Origin: an uncultured Planctomycetia bacterium
Lineage (GTDB): Bacteria; Omnitrophota; Gorgyraeia; 1-14-0-20-64-10
Assembly: GCA_964597545.1 (NCBI GenBank)
Contig: CAZQXN010000001.1
Coordinates: 5,655-69,654 of the forward strand
DNA length: 64,000 nt
Direction of reading: 5' to 3'
This document shows, one piece after another, positions 59,183-64,000 of the stretch. How positions within the stretch are numbered: position 1 is the stretch's first letter; each line of letters starts with the position of its first letter. Below the pieces are notes generated by a model. That model was not told the origin of the DNA, made no database searches, and was given only the letters and a program-made list of their open reading frames with translations. Position numbers and translations under genes: made by a program.

Positions 59183-60540
59183 TTATTTTAATTGAAGTAA
59201 GAGTAGTCCAAAGGCGAGTGCCAAAGTCGGCAGGGTGATGGCCAAGCCTGGGGCCAGCCATCGGGCAAAGGTGATTTTTTCTTTCTCGCGCTCGAGCATA
59301 CCGATGGCCACAATGTTGGCGGTGGAGCCAATCATCGTGGCATTGCCCCCAAAGGTCCCACCGAAGAGGAGTGCCCACCAGAGAAAATCAATCGGAAAGC
59401 CAGCCGTTCCCAAGTCAGCGACCACCGGCACAAAGATGGCCACCGCCAAAACGTTGTCCAGGAAGGCGGTTAAGAGGGCCGAGACGCCAAGGACCAGCCC
59501 CATCAAGACCCCCTGGCTGGAGCCGGCAACACCGGCTAAGCCCTCAGCCATCCGGTCGGTGACCCCAACGTACTGAAGGGTGCCCACCGAGGAAAAGAGC
59601 AGAAGAAAGAACATCAGCGTCCACCAATCGACCCGCCGCTCCACCAGCTCTCTGGCCTTCTCCCGGGTAATCAGCAAGGCCACCCCAGCCATAAAGAGGG
59701 GGACCCCCAAGAGCAGGGTGTTCTTGGGCAGGTGGAGGATGTGCTCCATCTGATGGTGGAGGACAAGCCCTGCAATGGTAAGGACAAAGATGATCCCTGC
59801 CTGCCGAAAGTCCTTGCGGTCGTACTGCTCAACGGTAATGGTCTCATCTTTGGTTTTTCGGATGTTCCGAACCAGCTCTCCCAGGGGCTTTCTGAAGTAG
59901 AGGTAGCTGATTCCGATGGTCGTCACCAGGCCCACCAAGGCAATGGGGGTCGCCCAGCGCAGGAAATCCGCAAAGCTCAAGCCCGCCCGCAAGGCAATCA
60001 ACACCCCAACCGGGTTACCCACCACAGTCGCCGAGGAGCCGATGTTGGTGGCAAAGACGATCATGACCACAAAAGGGAAAGGGGGCAGCTTCAGCTTCCT
60101 CACCAGCTGAAGCGTTAAGGCAGTCATGAAGAGGATGGAGGTCACCTCATCCACCAGGGCCGCCGAGATAAAAGCCAGGCACATCATTGCCGGAAAGAGG
60201 AGCCCCGCCCGGTGGCTGACTGCGGCCAGCAATCGCTCCAGCAGAACATCAAAGAATTTCCGCTCCTCCAAGAAGCCGATGATGATCATCATCGCCACCA
60301 AGAAGAGGATGATGTCGAGATTGGCAAAGTGGATGAGGTTGGGAATGTCTATCAACTGGGTGGCCAGCAGACAGGTAATGCCGATCAAGGCAAAGGCCAA
60401 ACGGAACTGCCAGTAAAAGAGGGTCCCCAAGATAAAGCAGGAAAAGATCCCAACTGCCATCACCTGCTGGGGGTTGAGCTGTGCGATCGAGGCGCGGGTG
60501 ATGATGATCGCCAGTATTCCAAAGAACCACGGGAGTTTCT

Positions 60541-60544
<4 letters not shown>
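59183..60544 (-). CDS. ArsB/NhaD/SLC13 ion-transporter superfamily permease
   Basis: SAALVDEVT, TNIGSSATVVGNP, AFLDNV, GGNATMIGSTAN. Confidence 0.85.
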
Positions 60545-63117
<2,573 letters not shown>

Positions 63118-63125
63118 GAAGGGTC

Positions 63126-64000
63126 CTAGTGGGTACCCGGTACCAGCGTTGACTTAAACTTCTCGACTGCTGAGTCCAGCTTCTTGGCCAAATTGTCGTC
63201 TAACACCTGCTTGCTCTCAATCTCATGCATGAGCTCAGGATGCTTCTTCTCCAGGAAGATCAGGAGCTTTTCCTCAAAGGAGGGGATGCGCTTAACCTCG
63301 CAATCGTCAAGATACCCCTCGATCCCGGCAAAGAGGGCCACCACCTGATGGGCAAGTGGCTTGGGGGCATATTGACCCTGCTTGAGCACCTCCACCATCC
63401 GCTCGCCGCGGGCAAGCTGTTTCTGGGTGGCGCGGTCCAAGTCCGAGCCAAACTGGGCAAAGGCAGCCAACTCTCGATACTGGGCCAGATCCAACCGGAG
63501 ACGCCCCGCAACCCGCTTCATCGCTTGGGTCTGGGCGTTGCCGCCGACGCGCGAAACCGACAACCCCACGTTGATGGCCGGCCGCACCCCGGAATAGAAG
63601 AGGTCGGGCTCCAAGTAAATCTGGCCGTCGGTAATGGAGATGACGTTGGTGGGAATGTAAGCAGCGATGTCTCCGGCTTGCGTCTCGATGATGGGCAGCG
63701 CCGTGAGTGAGCCTCCACCTTGTTTGTCAGAAAGCTTGGCAGCCCGCTCCAGTAAGCGGGAGTGGAGATAAAAGACATCCCCGGGATAGGCCTCGCGCCC
63801 TGGGGGGCGCTTGAGCAACAGGGAAAGCTGTCGGTAGGCCTGCGCATGCTTGGAGAGGTCATCGTACATGACCAGGGCATGTCCGCCGTTGTACAGGAAG
63901 TGCTCACCCATGGCACAACCGCTGTAGGGTGCTAAGAACTGCAGCGGGGCCGGATCTTCAGCGGTGGCGCTGACGATGATCGTGTGGTCCATCGCACCGT
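63126..64000 (-). CDS. atpA: F1 ATP synthase alpha subunit, C-terminal part (runs off window)
   Basis: [43 protein letters not shown]. Confidence 0.96.
   Translation of the reverse strand, partial: GAMDHTIIVSATAEDPAPLQFLAPYSGCAMGEHFLYNGGHALVMYDDLSKHAQAYRQLSLLLKRPPGREAYPGDVFYLHSRLLERAAKLSDKQGGGSLTALPIIETQAGDIAAYIPTNVISITDGQIYLEPDLFYSGVRPAINVGLSVSRVGGNAQTQAMKRVAGRLRLDLAQYRELAAFAQFGSDLDRATQKQLARGERMVEVLKQGQYAPKPLAHQVVALFAGIEGYLDDCEVKRIPSFEEKLLIFLEKKHPELMHEIESKQVLDDNLAKKLDSAVEKFKSTLVPGTH

Overview
GC-rich bacterial chromosome segment, mostly minus-strand operons. Gene content suggests an anaerobe; a PVC/Omnitrophota-like lineage is only my impression. From left to right the window holds: partial tRNA-Arg(UCG), rluB-like gene, cyclase, ahpC; an initiator tRNA-Met interrupted by a 267-nt group I intron; mpgP-SSS symporter-mpgS, ftsB, eno, purN, trxA, MFS, stomatin/NfeD, ArnT-like transferase, pntAB; surface-polysaccharide genes; a 16-gene Mrp-linked group 4 [NiFe]-hydrogenase operon headed by sulfhydrogenase-like NAD(P)H subunits; GT4-GH65-beta-PGM; a CsoR-regulated CusABC-type efflux system; acr3; a ~10.6 kb integrated element (47914-58536); bcp, an ion-transporter permease and atpC-D-G-A(partial). 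The most notable system is the integrated element. It split the host tRNA-Thr(CGU) into two non-functional pieces that share an 18-bp att core, without restoring the gene. Instead it carries its own complete, compensatorily recoded tRNA-Thr(CGU) 10 bp behind the integrase. Its cargo includes satellite-like genes (int, two xis-like, rep, terS-like), a RelE-like toxin with a zinc-finger insert, and a split wHTH-nuclease-STAND defence-like gene. All calls come from reading the sequence and motifs; no database searches were run.
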